DNA of 64,000 nucleotides from Bacilli bacterium (lineage in GTDB: Bacteria > Bacillota_I > Bacilli_A > RFN20 > CAG-826): positions 16,145 to 80,144 of the forward strand of contig JAZLFJ010000028.1 in NCBI GenBank assembly GCA_045615665.1, written 5' to 3'. A model generated the notes under the pieces. That model was given only the letters and a program-made list of their open reading frames with translations, did no database searches and was not told the origin of the DNA. Positions 28,230 to 38,427 of the stretch are shown here, piece by piece (position 1 is the first letter of the stretch; every line of letters starts with the position of its first letter). A program made the position numbers and the translations under genes.

Positions 28230-28831
28230 CTTTTGATATAGATTTTTTCAATTATTGGAAGATAATCGAGACGAGGAGCAAATCCTCTTTTTATTTTGTG
28301 AGCAATCTCGGTAAATTTTTCATATGGAATTGATTTTCTTTCACCATTTTCATAGAAGTGAATCACATATTTAGCGTTGAGTAAAAATACTTCGTTTTTG
28401 CTGACGAATTCGATGATAAAGAAGGCAATTCCGCCATGCTCTAAGACATGCTTTAGATGTTCAATCTGATGCTTTGAAATATTTGCTAATGGAAAACTCG
28501 TTTTTGATTTAGTTTGTTTTGCTTCAAAGTCGATGTATCTTCCTTTATAAACTCCGTTATAGTCAGTGGTCGATTGTTTTTCAAAATAAGCGTTTGTAAT
28601 TATTGCACCTTTTGAATAATCAACTTTTACAACGTTAATTGGGGTTGGTCTTTTAGTGATTAAGCATAAATCATGCTCTTTGTAATATTCATTCGAAGCA
28701 TTGATATCGCCTTCAAGACCCATACCTCTATTCGCACTTGAAAGATGACGCTTTAAAGAACTAACCGATTTGGTTTCTTTCTTTTTGATGTCTTTAGGCG
28801 AATAGGTTTGGCCGTTTGAATATTTAATCAT
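28226..28831 (-). CDS. recU: Holliday junction resolvase RecU
   Basis: NRGMGLE, KRPTPI, STTDYNGVY..RYIDFEAKQT, HQIEHL. Confidence 0.96.
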   Translation of the reverse strand: MIKYSNGQTYSPKDIKKKETKSVSSLKRHLSSANRGMGLEGDINASNEYYKEHDLCLITKRPTPINVVKVDYSKGAIITNAYFEKQSTTDYNGVYKGRYIDFEAKQTKSKTSFPLANISKHQIEHLKHVLEHGGIAFFIIEFVSKNEVFLLNAKYVIHFYENGERKSIPYEKFTEIAHKIKRGFAPRLDYLPIIEKIYIKS

Positions 28832-29553
28832 TTAAGTGATTCATCGACGTAACGTTCAAATTCGTCGAGAGTAACAGTTTTATTATTAAGCAAATCGGTA
28901 AGAATATTATGAATTGGTTCAGGAAGATGCCTCATTTTAGCAAGAACTTTCATATATTCATCTTTGACAATTTCTTTGTTTTTTAAGAACGCATCGTATA
29001 AATAAACGAGGTTAAGTGCATCAGCTAATGCATTATGCTGTGTGCCTTTGAAATCAAGATGGAAAACCTTCAAGAAATTCGCTAACGAATAGGTGTTATT
29101 GTTTTCATCTTTAATATAATTTGAAGCAAATTCAGATAAATCGAAATCATGTTTTATTAAGATTTGAACATCTTCTTTTTTAACATCAAGATTATAAGCT
29201 AATGATTGAGCGATAATTCTTAAGTCGTGAGACCCAAATGTGACGTATTTACTTTTACTAAAATCACGACCCATATATTTTTTAAGATTCTCTAACGCTA
29301 CTCTAAATGGAACGCCATTTTTTCTTAAATCATTATCGGTGATACCGGTTAGATCAGTAACAACTTTTCCGACTCTATTTTTAGCTTTGACAAGCGTGTA
29401 GATTCCACGATGAATCTTTTTGATAGAGCCATCTTTTCTAATGCTAACTTTGACTGCACCAATTGCAATCATTTCATGCGAAAATTGTGTTCCTTCTAAA
29501 TCGAGGAAACATAAAGTTTTCACATTATTGAGGTACTTGTTCAAGGCTTTCAT
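28828..29553 (-). CDS. DEDDh 3'-5' exonuclease (KapD/ERI1-like)
   Basis: FLDLEGT (ExoI), VTFGSHD (ExoII), HNALADA (ExoIII). Confidence 0.8.
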   Translation of the reverse strand: MKALNKYLNNVKTLCFLDLEGTQFSHEMIAIGAVKVSIRKDGSIKKIHRGIYTLVKAKNRVGKVVTDLTGITDNDLRKNGVPFRVALENLKKYMGRDFSKSKYVTFGSHDLRIIAQSLAYNLDVKKEDVQILIKHDFDLSEFASNYIKDENNNTYSLANFLKVFHLDFKGTQHNALADALNLVYLYDAFLKNKEIVKDEYMKVLAKMRHLPEPIHNILTDLLNNKTVTLDEFERYVDESLK

Positions 29554-29648
29554 AACGCTTGCTATTATATCATAACAAACTATTCATAAAATGAATTGTT
29601 ATTTTTTTATTCATTCACTATAATATTTCCATCGGTGGAATAATATCT

Positions 29649-29996
29649 ATGAATTACAATTCAAAATCATTATTGGATATTAAATTTGATAAAAACGTCA
29701 AAGGCTACGATGCTTTACAAGTTGATGAAACCTTAGACCAAGTTATCGAAGATTATGAAGAATATGTTAAGAAGATAGCTCAAGATAAAAAAACCATCGA
29801 AGAACTTAAAGCAGAACTTTCAAAAGTAAAAGAAGATTTGTTCAATGCTGAAATCGAGGCTAAGAAGTATAAGAATATTGTTGATTCAATACCTAATGGT
29901 CCCGAAGTTAATAAACAAAATATCGTTTACCTAAAAAGAATTGCTGATTTAGAGAGGGCTCTATATAAAAAAGGAGTCGATCCTAAAAAGATTTAA
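29649..29996 (+). CDS. gpsB: DivIVA-domain protein GpsB
   Basis: LLDIKF...KGYDALQVDETLDQVIEDYE; coiled coil; ILKRIADLE-like YLKRIADLE tail; directly upstream of rnpB. Confidence 0.85.
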   Translation: MNYNSKSLLDIKFDKNVKGYDALQVDETLDQVIEDYEEYVKKIAQDKKTIEELKAELSKVKEDLFNAEIEAKKYKNIVDSIPNGPEVNKQNIVYLKRIADLERALYKKGVDPKKI

Positions 29997-30331
29997 TCCG
30001 ACCTGGATAATTGCTGGCATTTGCTAGAGGAAAGTCCATGCTCGCACCATCTGTGATGATGGTAGTGATTGCGCTAGCGGAAGAAATAACGCTAGGTATG
30101 CAGGAGTGCATAACGGCGGAACTATTCTAAAACTTCGGTCATGAAAATGTTCCTTAAGGTGCCACAGAGACGAGTTCAACGGAAACGCTGAAGTGAAACG
30201 TTTGGTAAACCCCACAAGCGAGAAACCCAAATTTTGGTAGGGGAGGTTATCGAGGCGAATCGAAGCCAAGATAGCACGCATTGCGTAGATAAATTATTAT
30301 CCTAGACAAAACATGGCTTATAGGGTCGGAT
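29996..30331 (+). ncRNA. rnpB: RNase P RNA, bacterial type B
   Basis: gaggaaagtccatgctcgc, ggtaaacccc..gcgagaaacc, acaaaacatggcttat; P1 atccgacc / ggtcggat closes the ends. Confidence 0.95.
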
Positions 30332-30353
30332 ACTCACAAAAAGGAGAAAGACA

Positions 30354-31019
30354 ATGAATCTTCCAAATAAAATTACACTATCGAGAATCATTCTTATTAT
30401 CGCGATGATTATAGGAATATTTGTTTTAGCGATTACAGAAATCGCACTCGGTCCAAATAACTACTTTATCGCGCCAAATCTCGGCAATTCTCGCATAAAT
30501 TTAGTTTATTTAATCATCTGTGTTGTTTTCATTATCGCTGCAGTTACTGATTATTTAGATGGCCATTTAGCTAGAAAACTTAATCTCGTAACTGACTTTG
30601 GAAAATTCCTTGACCCTATCGCAGATAAGTTACTTAACGATGCGACGATGATTTTCCTTCTCGTCCCACAAATTTATGCTCCTGATCAAAGAAGCAATCC
30701 ACTTGCATTAACTATTCTTGCAATCTGTGTCATCGTTATGATTGGCCGCGACTTAGTGGTTGATGCGCTTCGTTTAATTGCTGTTAAAAATAATGTTGTT
30801 ATCGCAGCGAATAAATTTGGTAAGGCAAAAACTGTCTTACAAATGATTGCTATTCCGATGCTTTTATTAAATGATTGGCCTTTTCATTATTTTGATAATA
30901 GTTGGCCAGAAGCACTTCAAGTTTCGAATTTATTCTTTTATGCTGCGACAGCCATGTCTCTAATTTCTGGAATTATCTACGTTTATCAAAATAGACAAGT
31001 TCTCAAAGGAAAGAAATAA
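30354..31019 (+). CDS. pgsA: CDP-diacylglycerol--glycerol-3-phosphate 3-phosphatidyltransferase
   Basis: NLPNKIT, TDYLDGHLARK...GKFLDPIADK, GKAKT. Confidence 0.93.
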   Translation: MNLPNKITLSRIILIIAMIIGIFVLAITEIALGPNNYFIAPNLGNSRINLVYLIICVVFIIAAVTDYLDGHLARKLNLVTDFGKFLDPIADKLLNDATMIFLLVPQIYAPDQRSNPLALTILAICVIVMIGRDLVVDALRLIAVKNNVVIAANKFGKAKTVLQMIAIPMLLLNDWPFHYFDNSWPEALQVSNLFFYAATAMSLISGIIYVYQNRQVLKGKK

Positions 31020-31474
31020 TGTTTGAATTAGTTGATAAACTAAAGGAAAAACATTTAACCATCGGTTCAATTGAATCAATGACCGGTGGTTTATTTGCTT
31101 CTAGCATCACTTCTATACCAGGTGCTAGCAAGGTTTTTAAAGGAAGCGTTGTTTCTTATTCTCCTTTAATTAAAGAAAATGTTGTTGGAGTAAATAAAGA
31201 AACTATTTCCAAATTTGGAGTGGTTTCGAAAGAAGTTGCTTCCGAGATGGCTGTAAAAGGAAAACGGCTTCTCGAGGTCGATATTTGTGTTTCAGTTACT
31301 GGTAACGCTGGTCCAACCGCTGAACCAGGTGAAGAAGGCGTTGGAAGCGTCTATATTGGCATCGCATTTAAGGATAAAGTCGTTGTTAACAAGAATTTTT
31401 TCTCTGGCAGCAGAGATGAAATTCGTCAAAAAACTCTTCTTGCTATGCAAGAAGGTGTGCTTAAATTATTATAA
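31019..31474 (+). CDS. cinA: CinA C-terminal domain / NMN deamidase (PncC-like)
   Basis: [40 protein letters not shown]. Confidence 0.88.
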   Translation: MFELVDKLKEKHLTIGSIESMTGGLFASSITSIPGASKVFKGSVVSYSPLIKENVVGVNKETISKFGVVSKEVASEMAVKGKRLLEVDICVSVTGNAGPTAEPGEEGVGSVYIGIAFKDKVVVNKNFFSGSRDEIRQKTLLAMQEGVLKLL

Positions 31475-31541
31475 GATAGAAAATTTTCACACTTTTTCCG
31501 AAAAATCTCAGTATATAGTTAGTGAAAGGAAGCTAATAAAA

Positions 31542-32534
31542 ATGGCAAAAGAAACTAAAAAAGATACTAACTTAGCAGAAGCCCTTAAACTTATCGAAAA
31601 AGAATTTGGCAAAGGATCTGTTATGAAACTTGGAGAACGTCCACGCGTTGATGTTGACGTTATTCCATCTGGATCGTTACTAATTGATAATGCATTAGGT
31701 GTCGGTGGTTATCCTAAAGGAAGAATCATCGAAATCTATGGTCCAGAAAGCAGTGGTAAAACAACTCTTGCACTTCATGCGATTGCTGAAGCTCAAAAGA
31801 AAGGCGGTACAGCTGCTTTCGTCGATGCTGAACATTCTATCGATCCTGTCTATGCGAGAAATTTAGGAGTCAATATTGATGAACTTATTCTCTCCCAACC
31901 AGATAGCGGTGAACAAGCCTTAGAAATTGTCCAATTACTTGCGAATAGTGGTGGTGTTGATATTATCGTTGTCGACTCTGTCGCTGCTTTAGTTCCGCAA
32001 GCTGAACTTGATGGAGCAATGGGTGATAACTCGGTTGGGTTACAAGCTAGACTATTATCCAAAGCAATGAGAAAACTAGCGGGTATTCTTAACACCAACG
32101 AATGCACCGTTATCTTCATTAATCAGCTTCGTGAAAAGGTTGGAGTTATCTATGGTAATCCAGAGACAACCACTGGTGGACGCGCTTTAAAGTTCTATGC
32201 CTCTGTTCGTCTTGATATTAGACGTGCTGAAGCAATTAAGGATGGTTCAACAATTATTGGTAATACCGTCAACGTTAAAGTTGTTAAGAACAAAGTCGCA
32301 CCACCATTTAAAAATTGCCAAGTCGATATCATCTATGGAAAAGGTATCAATAAGACCGCTGAAATACTTGATGTCGCAACGCAAATGGGCATTTTAACTA
32401 AGACCGGTTCCTGGTATGAATATAATGGAGAGAGATTCGCTAACGGCCGTGATAATGGCAAAGCCTATCTCGATGCGAATCCAGAATTTAAAAAAGAACT
32501 GGAAAGCAAAATCCAAACCGGTGAAGTTAAATAA
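31542..32534 (+). CDS. recA: Recombinase RecA
   Basis: [34 protein letters not shown]; true start at ATG 31542 (track ORF is 5'-extended). Confidence 0.98.
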   Translation: MAKETKKDTNLAEALKLIEKEFGKGSVMKLGERPRVDVDVIPSGSLLIDNALGVGGYPKGRIIEIYGPESSGKTTLALHAIAEAQKKGGTAAFVDAEHSIDPVYARNLGVNIDELILSQPDSGEQALEIVQLLANSGGVDIIVVDSVAALVPQAELDGAMGDNSVGLQARLLSKAMRKLAGILNTNECTVIFINQLREKVGVIYGNPETTTGGRALKFYASVRLDIRRAEAIKDGSTIIGNTVNVKVVKNKVAPPFKNCQVDIIYGKGINKTAEILDVATQMGILTKTGSWYEYNGERFANGRDNGKAYLDANPEFKKELESKIQTGEVK

Positions 32535-32542
32535 CAAATTAC

Positions 32543-32570
32543 AAGGGCACTTATGTGTCCTTTATTTTTT
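32543..32570 (+). terminator. recA terminator
   Basis: aagggcac-ttat-gtgtcctt followed by tattttt. Confidence 0.7.
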
Positions 32571-32777
32571 GCTATCAAAGAAACAATATTTTGATATAAT
32601 TATTATGTATCAAAAGATACTTATTACCATATATCGTAACTATTCGGCATTGCCGTTTAAATACATTAGAAAGAACCCATTAGGGAAGATTTCAGGTAAT
32701 AATCTAAGTTATAGATTGGATACTTATTTCTTTTAGAAATATTTAGGCCAATCATTCATATATTAGGAGGCAATAAA

Positions 32778-34340
32778 ATGCAAACACTATTTAGTATTTT
32801 AGCTATTGTTTTTGCTCTTATCGTCGGCGTTGCTATTGGATTTTTCTTATTAAGATTTATTCCATCAATCAAAGCAAAAAATGCTGAATCGAAAGCGGAT
32901 AAAATTATCCGTGACGCTGAAATAAGAGGCGAACAAATTAGAAAAAATGCACAACTTGATGGTAAACAAACCATCGCTGAAATGAAGCAAGAAGCTGAAA
33001 AAGATATCCGTGAACGTAAACAAGAATATGCTCAGCTCGAGAATAAGCTTAATCAACGTGAACAAAATATCGATCGTAGAGACGCTAACTTGCTCAACAA
33101 AGAAAACGCTCTCGAAGAGAAAAACGAACTTCTCACCAGAAGACTTCGCGAGTGTGATAAGAAAGAAGCTCAACTTCAAGAAAAGATTGATTCGATTATT
33201 GAAGAACTTCAAAAGGTTGCTCAACTTTCCGTTAACGAAGCAAGAGACGAAATCTTTGCGCGTGTGGAATCGAAGATGAGCAAAGAAATCGCTGCTTACA
33301 TCAAAAACAAAGAAGATGAAGCTAAAGCAACTTCTGAAGAAAAGGCTCGTGAACTCCTTGGACTTGCTATAAGCAAATATTCGCAAGAAGAAGTTCAAGA
33401 AAGAACTGTCTCGGTTGTCGCTTTACCATCCGACGAGATGAAAGGCCGTATCATCGGAAGAGAAGGCCGTAACATTCGTACCTTAGAGCAACTCCTTGGA
33501 GTTGATTTAATCATCGATGATACTCCTGAAGTTATTACTGTTTCATGCTTTAACCCAATTAGACGTCACATCGCTACTAAGGCTCTTGATTTGTTAATCA
33601 AAGATGGCCGTATTCAACCAGGACGTATTGAAGAAATCGTCGCTAAGGTCCAAGAAGAAGTCGATTCTGATATTCAAAAAGCCGGTGAAGAAGCCGCCTT
33701 TAAACTTGGTTTACCTAAGATTAATCGCGAACTTCTCAACTATGTTGGAAGACTTAAATATCGTACTTCATATGGTCAAAATGCTTATGATCACTCCATG
33801 GAAACTGCCTATCTTGCAGGCATCATGGCCGCGGAACTCGGCTTAGATCAAAACCTCGCTAAACGTGCTGGTTTACTTCATGATATTGGTAAAGCTGTTG
33901 ACTTTGAACAAGATGGTAGCCACGTTGAACTTGGTTCAAGACTTGCTAAAAAATATGGTGAACCTTCTGTTGTTGTTAATGCGATTGAATCTCACCACGG
34001 AGATGTTCCAGCGACTTCGGTTATATCTAACTTAGTCCAAGCCGCTGATACTTTAAGTGCTGCTAGACCAGGCGCTCGTAGTGAAACACTTGAAAGCTAC
34101 ATCAAACGTATCGAACAACTCGAAACGATTTGTAAGAGCTATGAAGGGGTTTATCAATGCTACGCTATGCAATCAGGACGAGAAGTCCGCGTTATGGTTG
34201 TCCCAGACAAAGTTGATGATTTAGCCGCCTTTAAGATGGCTCGTGATATTAGAGAAAAGATTGAAACTGAAATGACTTATCCTGGTCAAATCAAAGTTTC
34301 AGTTATCCGCGAATATCGCGCTACAGAAACTGCTAAATAA
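32778..34340 (+). CDS. rny: Ribonuclease Y
   Basis: N-terminal TM, coiled coil, KH ([12 protein letters not shown]), HD (LLHDIGK). Confidence 0.97.
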   Translation: MQTLFSILAIVFALIVGVAIGFFLLRFIPSIKAKNAESKADKIIRDAEIRGEQIRKNAQLDGKQTIAEMKQEAEKDIRERKQEYAQLENKLNQREQNIDRRDANLLNKENALEEKNELLTRRLRECDKKEAQLQEKIDSIIEELQKVAQLSVNEARDEIFARVESKMSKEIAAYIKNKEDEAKATSEEKARELLGLAISKYSQEEVQERTVSVVALPSDEMKGRIIGREGRNIRTLEQLLGVDLIIDDTPEVITVSCFNPIRRHIATKALDLLIKDGRIQPGRIEEIVAKVQEEVDSDIQKAGEEAAFKLGLPKINRELLNYVGRLKYRTSYGQNAYDHSMETAYLAGIMAAELGLDQNLAKRAGLLHDIGKAVDFEQDGSHVELGSRLAKKYGEPSVVVNAIESHHGDVPATSVISNLVQAADTLSAARPGARSETLESYIKRIEQLETICKSYEGVYQCYAMQSGREVRVMVVPDKVDDLAAFKMARDIREKIETEMTYPGQIKVSVIREYRATETAK

Positions 34341-34342
34341 AT

Positions 34343-35131
34343 ATGAAAATTTTATTTTTTGGAGATATAGTGGGCCAAGTTGGCCGCAATGCTATTAAAC
34401 ATAATGTCGAAAAACTTGTTAAAAAATACCAAGTCGATTTCGTCATAGCTAATGGTGAAAATGTCACGCATGGAAAAGGTCTTATCGAAAGACATTATAA
34501 CGAACTTTTAGATGCTGGCGTCGACTGCATTACCCTAGGTAATCACTATCTCTCCAAGGATAGAATTAATGACTATATTAATGATGCCACTAACCTAGTT
34601 AGACCGCTTAATCTACTCAATAGTTTTGGTGGTGTTGGCTCTCAAACATTTTTAGTTAATGGCATTACTATTAGAGTCACAAATGTTCTTGGTACTGCTT
34701 TTATGAAAGAAGAAGTATCCGCTCCATATTTTGCTTTAAAAGAACTGATTGATGAAACAAAGGATGAAGATTCAATTCATATCGTTGATTTCCATGCCGA
34801 AGCGACTGGTGAAAAAGCTTGTTTTGGCTATGCCTTTGATGGATCAGTTAGCGCAGTTATTGGCACACATACGCACGTGCAAACAAACGATGCTAAGATT
34901 CTTCCAAATGGAACCGCATTTATTACGGATGCTGGGTTGTGCGGTGCTGCTAATGGAGTGCTTGGTTTTGAAAAGAATTCGGTCATGAATAAAACCTTAT
35001 TTGGATCGACAAATAGATTTGATTTAGATACTAGCGATACCGAAATGATCAATGCGGTAATTTTAGAAGTCGATGAAATAAGCAAAAAATGTCTCGAAAT
35101 ATTTCCAATAAAAATAATCGGAGATAAATAA
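34343..35131 (+). CDS. ymdB: YmdB/TIGR00282 metallophosphoesterase
   Basis: GDIVG, IANGEN, TLGNH, VDFHAEATGEK, GTHTHVQT. Confidence 0.93.
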   Translation: MKILFFGDIVGQVGRNAIKHNVEKLVKKYQVDFVIANGENVTHGKGLIERHYNELLDAGVDCITLGNHYLSKDRINDYINDATNLVRPLNLLNSFGGVGSQTFLVNGITIRVTNVLGTAFMKEEVSAPYFALKELIDETKDEDSIHIVDFHAEATGEKACFGYAFDGSVSAVIGTHTHVQTNDAKILPNGTAFITDAGLCGAANGVLGFEKNSVMNKTLFGSTNRFDLDTSDTEMINAVILEVDEISKKCLEIFPIKIIGDK

Positions 35132-36570
35132 TGGCGAAGACGCTATATAAGACTTTACCGGAAGTTGAATCTGCTCGAAGGAGAAATATTTCCTTTAATT
35201 TTAATTATGAAGAAATCAATGTTCCTACTTCTTTAAAAGAATTTGCAAAAGGCAAAACTTATCACATTCATACTTATGGTTGTCAGGCTAATTACCGCGA
35301 TGAAGAAATAATGGCGGGTTTGCTTGAAAAAGCCGGGTTTTGCAAAGGAAATAGCGAAAAAGAAGCCGATATTATCATCCTCAATACTTGCGCAGTTAGA
35401 GAGAATGCCGAAAAGAAAGTTTTCGGTAAAATCGGCGATTTAAAATCATTTAAAATTAATAACAAAAATGCCGTTGTTGCTGTTTGCGGTTGTATGGTTC
35501 AACAAAAACATATTATTGAACACATTAATAAAACTTATCCACATGTCGATTTAATTTTTGGTACGCATAACATTATTGATCTATTGAATTTACTTGATGA
35601 AGTTATCACAAAACGATTAAGAATTGTTGATGTCAAATCTCTTCCTGGAGATATTCACGAGAACTTACCAAGTGTTAGACAATCGAATTTCAAAGCTTTT
35701 GTAAATATCTCGTATGGCTGCGATAAATTTTGTACCTATTGCATCGTTCCTTACACTAGAGGCAAAGAACGTTCTAGAAAGATGGCCGATATCTTAAAAG
35801 AATGCCAGGAATTAAAAGACTTAGGTTATAAAGAAGTTACTCTTTTAGGTCAAAACGTCAATGCATATGGTAAGGATTTAAAAGATGGTTCTAGCTTTGC
35901 TAGATTACTCGATGAAGTCGCTCAAATTGGTATTCCAAGAGTGAGATTTTTAACATCGCATCCATGGGATTTCTCAAGTGATATGATTGATGTCATTGCA
36001 AAACATAAAAACATCATGAAATATATTCATCTTCCTGTTCAATCTGGCAATGATGAAATATTGCGATTAATGGGTCGAAGATATACTTCCGAGCAATATC
36101 TAAAATTAGTTAACGAGATTAAAACAAAAATTCCTGATGTTGCTTTATCGACCGATATTATTGTTGGTTTCCCAAACGAAACTTATGAACAATTTTTAGA
36201 TACCTTAAAGATTGTTAGAGAAGTTAAATATTACTCAGCGTTCACTTTTATTTATTCGCCTAGAAACAACACTCCTGCAGCAAAGATAAAAGATAACGTC
36301 ACTCCAAAAGAAAAGAATCAACGATTCCAAGAATTAGTAAAAACACTTGAAGAAGTCATTGATCCAATAAATCAAACATTGGTTGATAAAACTTTCCCTG
36401 TTTTAGTGGAATCAGTCTCTGAAAAGAATAGCGAACTTCTATCGGGTTATACTGAACATAATAAATTAGTCCATTTTAAAGCCGATAAGAAACTTATTGG
36501 TGAAATTGTTAACGTAAAGATTAAAGAATCTCATCTATATTTCTTAATGGGGGAACTTGTCGATGACTAA
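35131..36570 (+). CDS. miaB: tRNA-2-methylthio-N6-dimethylallyladenosine synthase MiaB
   Basis: TYGCQAN, NTCAVRE, GCM, radical SAM CDKFCTYC, TRAM-like C-terminus. Confidence 0.95.
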   Translation: MAKTLYKTLPEVESARRRNISFNFNYEEINVPTSLKEFAKGKTYHIHTYGCQANYRDEEIMAGLLEKAGFCKGNSEKEADIIILNTCAVRENAEKKVFGKIGDLKSFKINNKNAVVAVCGCMVQQKHIIEHINKTYPHVDLIFGTHNIIDLLNLLDEVITKRLRIVDVKSLPGDIHENLPSVRQSNFKAFVNISYGCDKFCTYCIVPYTRGKERSRKMADILKECQELKDLGYKEVTLLGQNVNAYGKDLKDGSSFARLLDEVAQIGIPRVRFLTSHPWDFSSDMIDVIAKHKNIMKYIHLPVQSGNDEILRLMGRRYTSEQYLKLVNEIKTKIPDVALSTDIIVGFPNETYEQFLDTLKIVREVKYYSAFTFIYSPRNNTPAAKIKDNVTPKEKNQRFQELVKTLEEVIDPINQTLVDKTFPVLVESVSEKNSELLSGYTEHNKLVHFKADKKLIGEIVNVKIKESHLYFLMGELVDD

Positions 36571-36874
36571 TTTTGAAGAAGCTTTACAAGAGGCTCAAGA
36601 AAAGCTTTTTGATGAACCTCTCATAAAGGAATATTTTCGTCTAAAAGAAATAATTGATAACGATAAAGAACTTCAAGAATTAGATAAAAATATGCGCCAA
36701 CATCAAAAAAGAATGTGTGAATTTGAAAACGACGACAAAATCTATTTTTTTGAAAAGGCTCAATATGAAAAATGTTTAAAAGAAATTGAAAATAATCCAA
36801 TTTATCTAGACTTTAAAGAAGTTCAAAAAGAGGTTGGTGAACTTCTAAAAGAAGTGAGGAATGCGATTAATTAA
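36563..36874 (+). CDS. YlbF/YmcA (Ric) family protein
   Basis: Helical about 103 aa, PLIKEY...NPIYLDF; directly after miaB like ymcA/ricA. Confidence 0.7.
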   Translation: MTNFEEALQEAQEKLFDEPLIKEYFRLKEIIDNDKELQELDKNMRQHQKRMCEFENDDKIYFFEKAQYEKCLKEIENNPIYLDFKEVQKEVGELLKEVRNAIN

Positions 36875-36875
36875 G

Positions 36876-37748
36876 ATGATTATTGTAATTACAGGTCCAA
36901 CTTGTTTAGGAAAATCTCAAACCGCTTATGAGCTCGCTAAGGTGATTGATGCTGAGATAATAAACGGTGATGCTTTTCAATGTTATAAAGAATTAGACAT
37001 AGGCGTTGCAAAGCCAGATGATAAATATTTAAAAGACGTTAAACATCATTTGTATTCTTTTGTTGAAGCAAACTACAATTATTCAATTGCAGAATATCAA
37101 CTTAATTTAAGAAATAAAATCGATGAATTAACTAAGAAAAATAAAAACATCATTATTGTAGGAGGCTCAGGTTTATATATTCGTTCTGCCTTATATGATT
37201 ATGACTTTTTAGATGATAAAAAAATTGATATGTCTAAATATGAGTCCATGGATAATCGCACCCTTCATGAAGAATTAGAAAGAATCGATCCAAGTGAAGC
37301 TAATAAAATCCACATGAATAATCGTAAGAGAGTTTTAAGAGCAATCTATATTTATTTATCAAGCGGCGAGACTAAATCAACTTTAGTAGCCAAACAAGAG
37401 CATAAGCCTATTTATGATGTTAGATTCTTCGTGAGAGATTTCGACAGGGATTTGCTGTATAAAAACATTGATCTGCGCGTTGATACGATGATTGAAAAAG
37501 GGTTAGAAAACGAAGTTAAGGATCTCTATGTTAAATACGGTAAAAATTGCCGCGCTTTACAGGCTATAGGTTATAAAGAATTCATTGAATATTTTGAGCA
37601 CAAAATTAATCGAGAAGAAGCGATTGCATTGATTAAGAAAAATACTCGTAATTACGCCAAAAGACAGCTCACTTTTATTCGACATCAATTTCCGGTTGAA
37701 TTTTATCAAGATACTGCGGATTTGCTGAGGATAATTAACAATGATTAA
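36876..37748 (+). CDS. miaA: tRNA dimethylallyltransferase
   Basis: ITGPTCLGKS, DAFQCYKELDIG, VGGSGLY, QAIGYKE, NYAKRQ. Confidence 0.95.
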   Translation: MIIVITGPTCLGKSQTAYELAKVIDAEIINGDAFQCYKELDIGVAKPDDKYLKDVKHHLYSFVEANYNYSIAEYQLNLRNKIDELTKKNKNIIIVGGSGLYIRSALYDYDFLDDKKIDMSKYESMDNRTLHEELERIDPSEANKIHMNNRKRVLRAIYIYLSSGETKSTLVAKQEHKPIYDVRFFVRDFDRDLLYKNIDLRVDTMIEKGLENEVKDLYVKYGKNCRALQAIGYKEFIEYFEHKINREEAIALIKKNTRNYAKRQLTFIRHQFPVEFYQDTADLLRIINND

Positions 37749-38427
37749 CTATTTAGATAGATCGATAAAAATGCTTGGTAAAGATAAGATAGACTCCTTT
37801 AAAAATAAGTTGATTTTAATCGCAGGAGTAGGTGGTGTTGGCGGCACTGCTCTAGAAGCTTTAGTGAGGTCTGGTTTCGATTGCTTTATCTTAATTGATT
37901 TTGATGTAGTTGATGCATCAAATCTAAATCGTCAAATTCTTTATACTAATGAAGATATCGGAAAAAGAAAAATTGATGTTGCAAAAAAGCGCATCTTATC
38001 TATAAATTCATCTGCAAAAATCGAAGTAATTGATGCAAAAATCGAATCTAATTCCTTTATAAATGTAACTCAAAAAGTCGATTTTATCATAGATGCAATA
38101 GACTATGTTCCAGGTAAACTCGAACTTTATCGATATGCTTTAACAAATAACATTCCTTTAATTTCTTCCTTAGGCATGGGGAATCGAATTGACCCATCGA
38201 AAGTTACAATTACAAAACTTAATAAAACTGAAGGAGATCCTTTGGCGAGAAAAATTCGTTATGAATGTAAAACAAATGGATTTGATTCGAAAAAGATTAG
38301 TGTAGTTTTTTCAAGTGAAATTCCTTTAATAAAAAGCAATAAACCTGGTTCAATGATGATGGTACCATCAACCGCTGGTTTATTAATCGCACAGTTTGTT
38401 ATTGAACACATTGGAGGTAACTTATGA
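37741..38427 (+). CDS. tcdA: ThiF-family protein, tRNA threonylcarbamoyladenosine dehydratase TcdA-like
   Basis: GVGGVGG, DFDVVDASNLNRQ, DAID, SSLGMG, DPLARKIR. Confidence 0.8.
   Translation: MINYLDRSIKMLGKDKIDSFKNKLILIAGVGGVGGTALEALVRSGFDCFILIDFDVVDASNLNRQILYTNEDIGKRKIDVAKKRILSINSSAKIEVIDAKIESNSFINVTQKVDFIIDAIDYVPGKLELYRYALTNNIPLISSLGMGNRIDPSKVTITKLNKTEGDPLARKIRYECKTNGFDSKKISVVFSSEIPLIKSNKPGSMMMVPSTAGLLIAQFVIEHIGGNL

Noticed and set aside
30024-30281. 85-aa minus-strand ORF
   Set aside because: Lies antisense within the RNase P RNA gene
31287-31541. Apparent 85-aa N-terminal extension of RecA
   Set aside because: Overlaps cinA in another frame; SD-like aaagga and RecA homology point to ATG 31542
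31475-31541. LexA (Cheo/SOS) box upstream of recA
   Set aside because: No CGAAC-N4-GTTCG-like site is visible
32865-33398. 177-aa antisense ORF inside rny (and similar shadow ORFs over recA, fhs, glyA, der, mgtE and the lipoproteins)
   Set aside because: Fully antisense to strong conserved genes; the F/L/S-rich composition is what the reverse complement of Glu/Lys-rich coding sequence gives; no RBS or motifs
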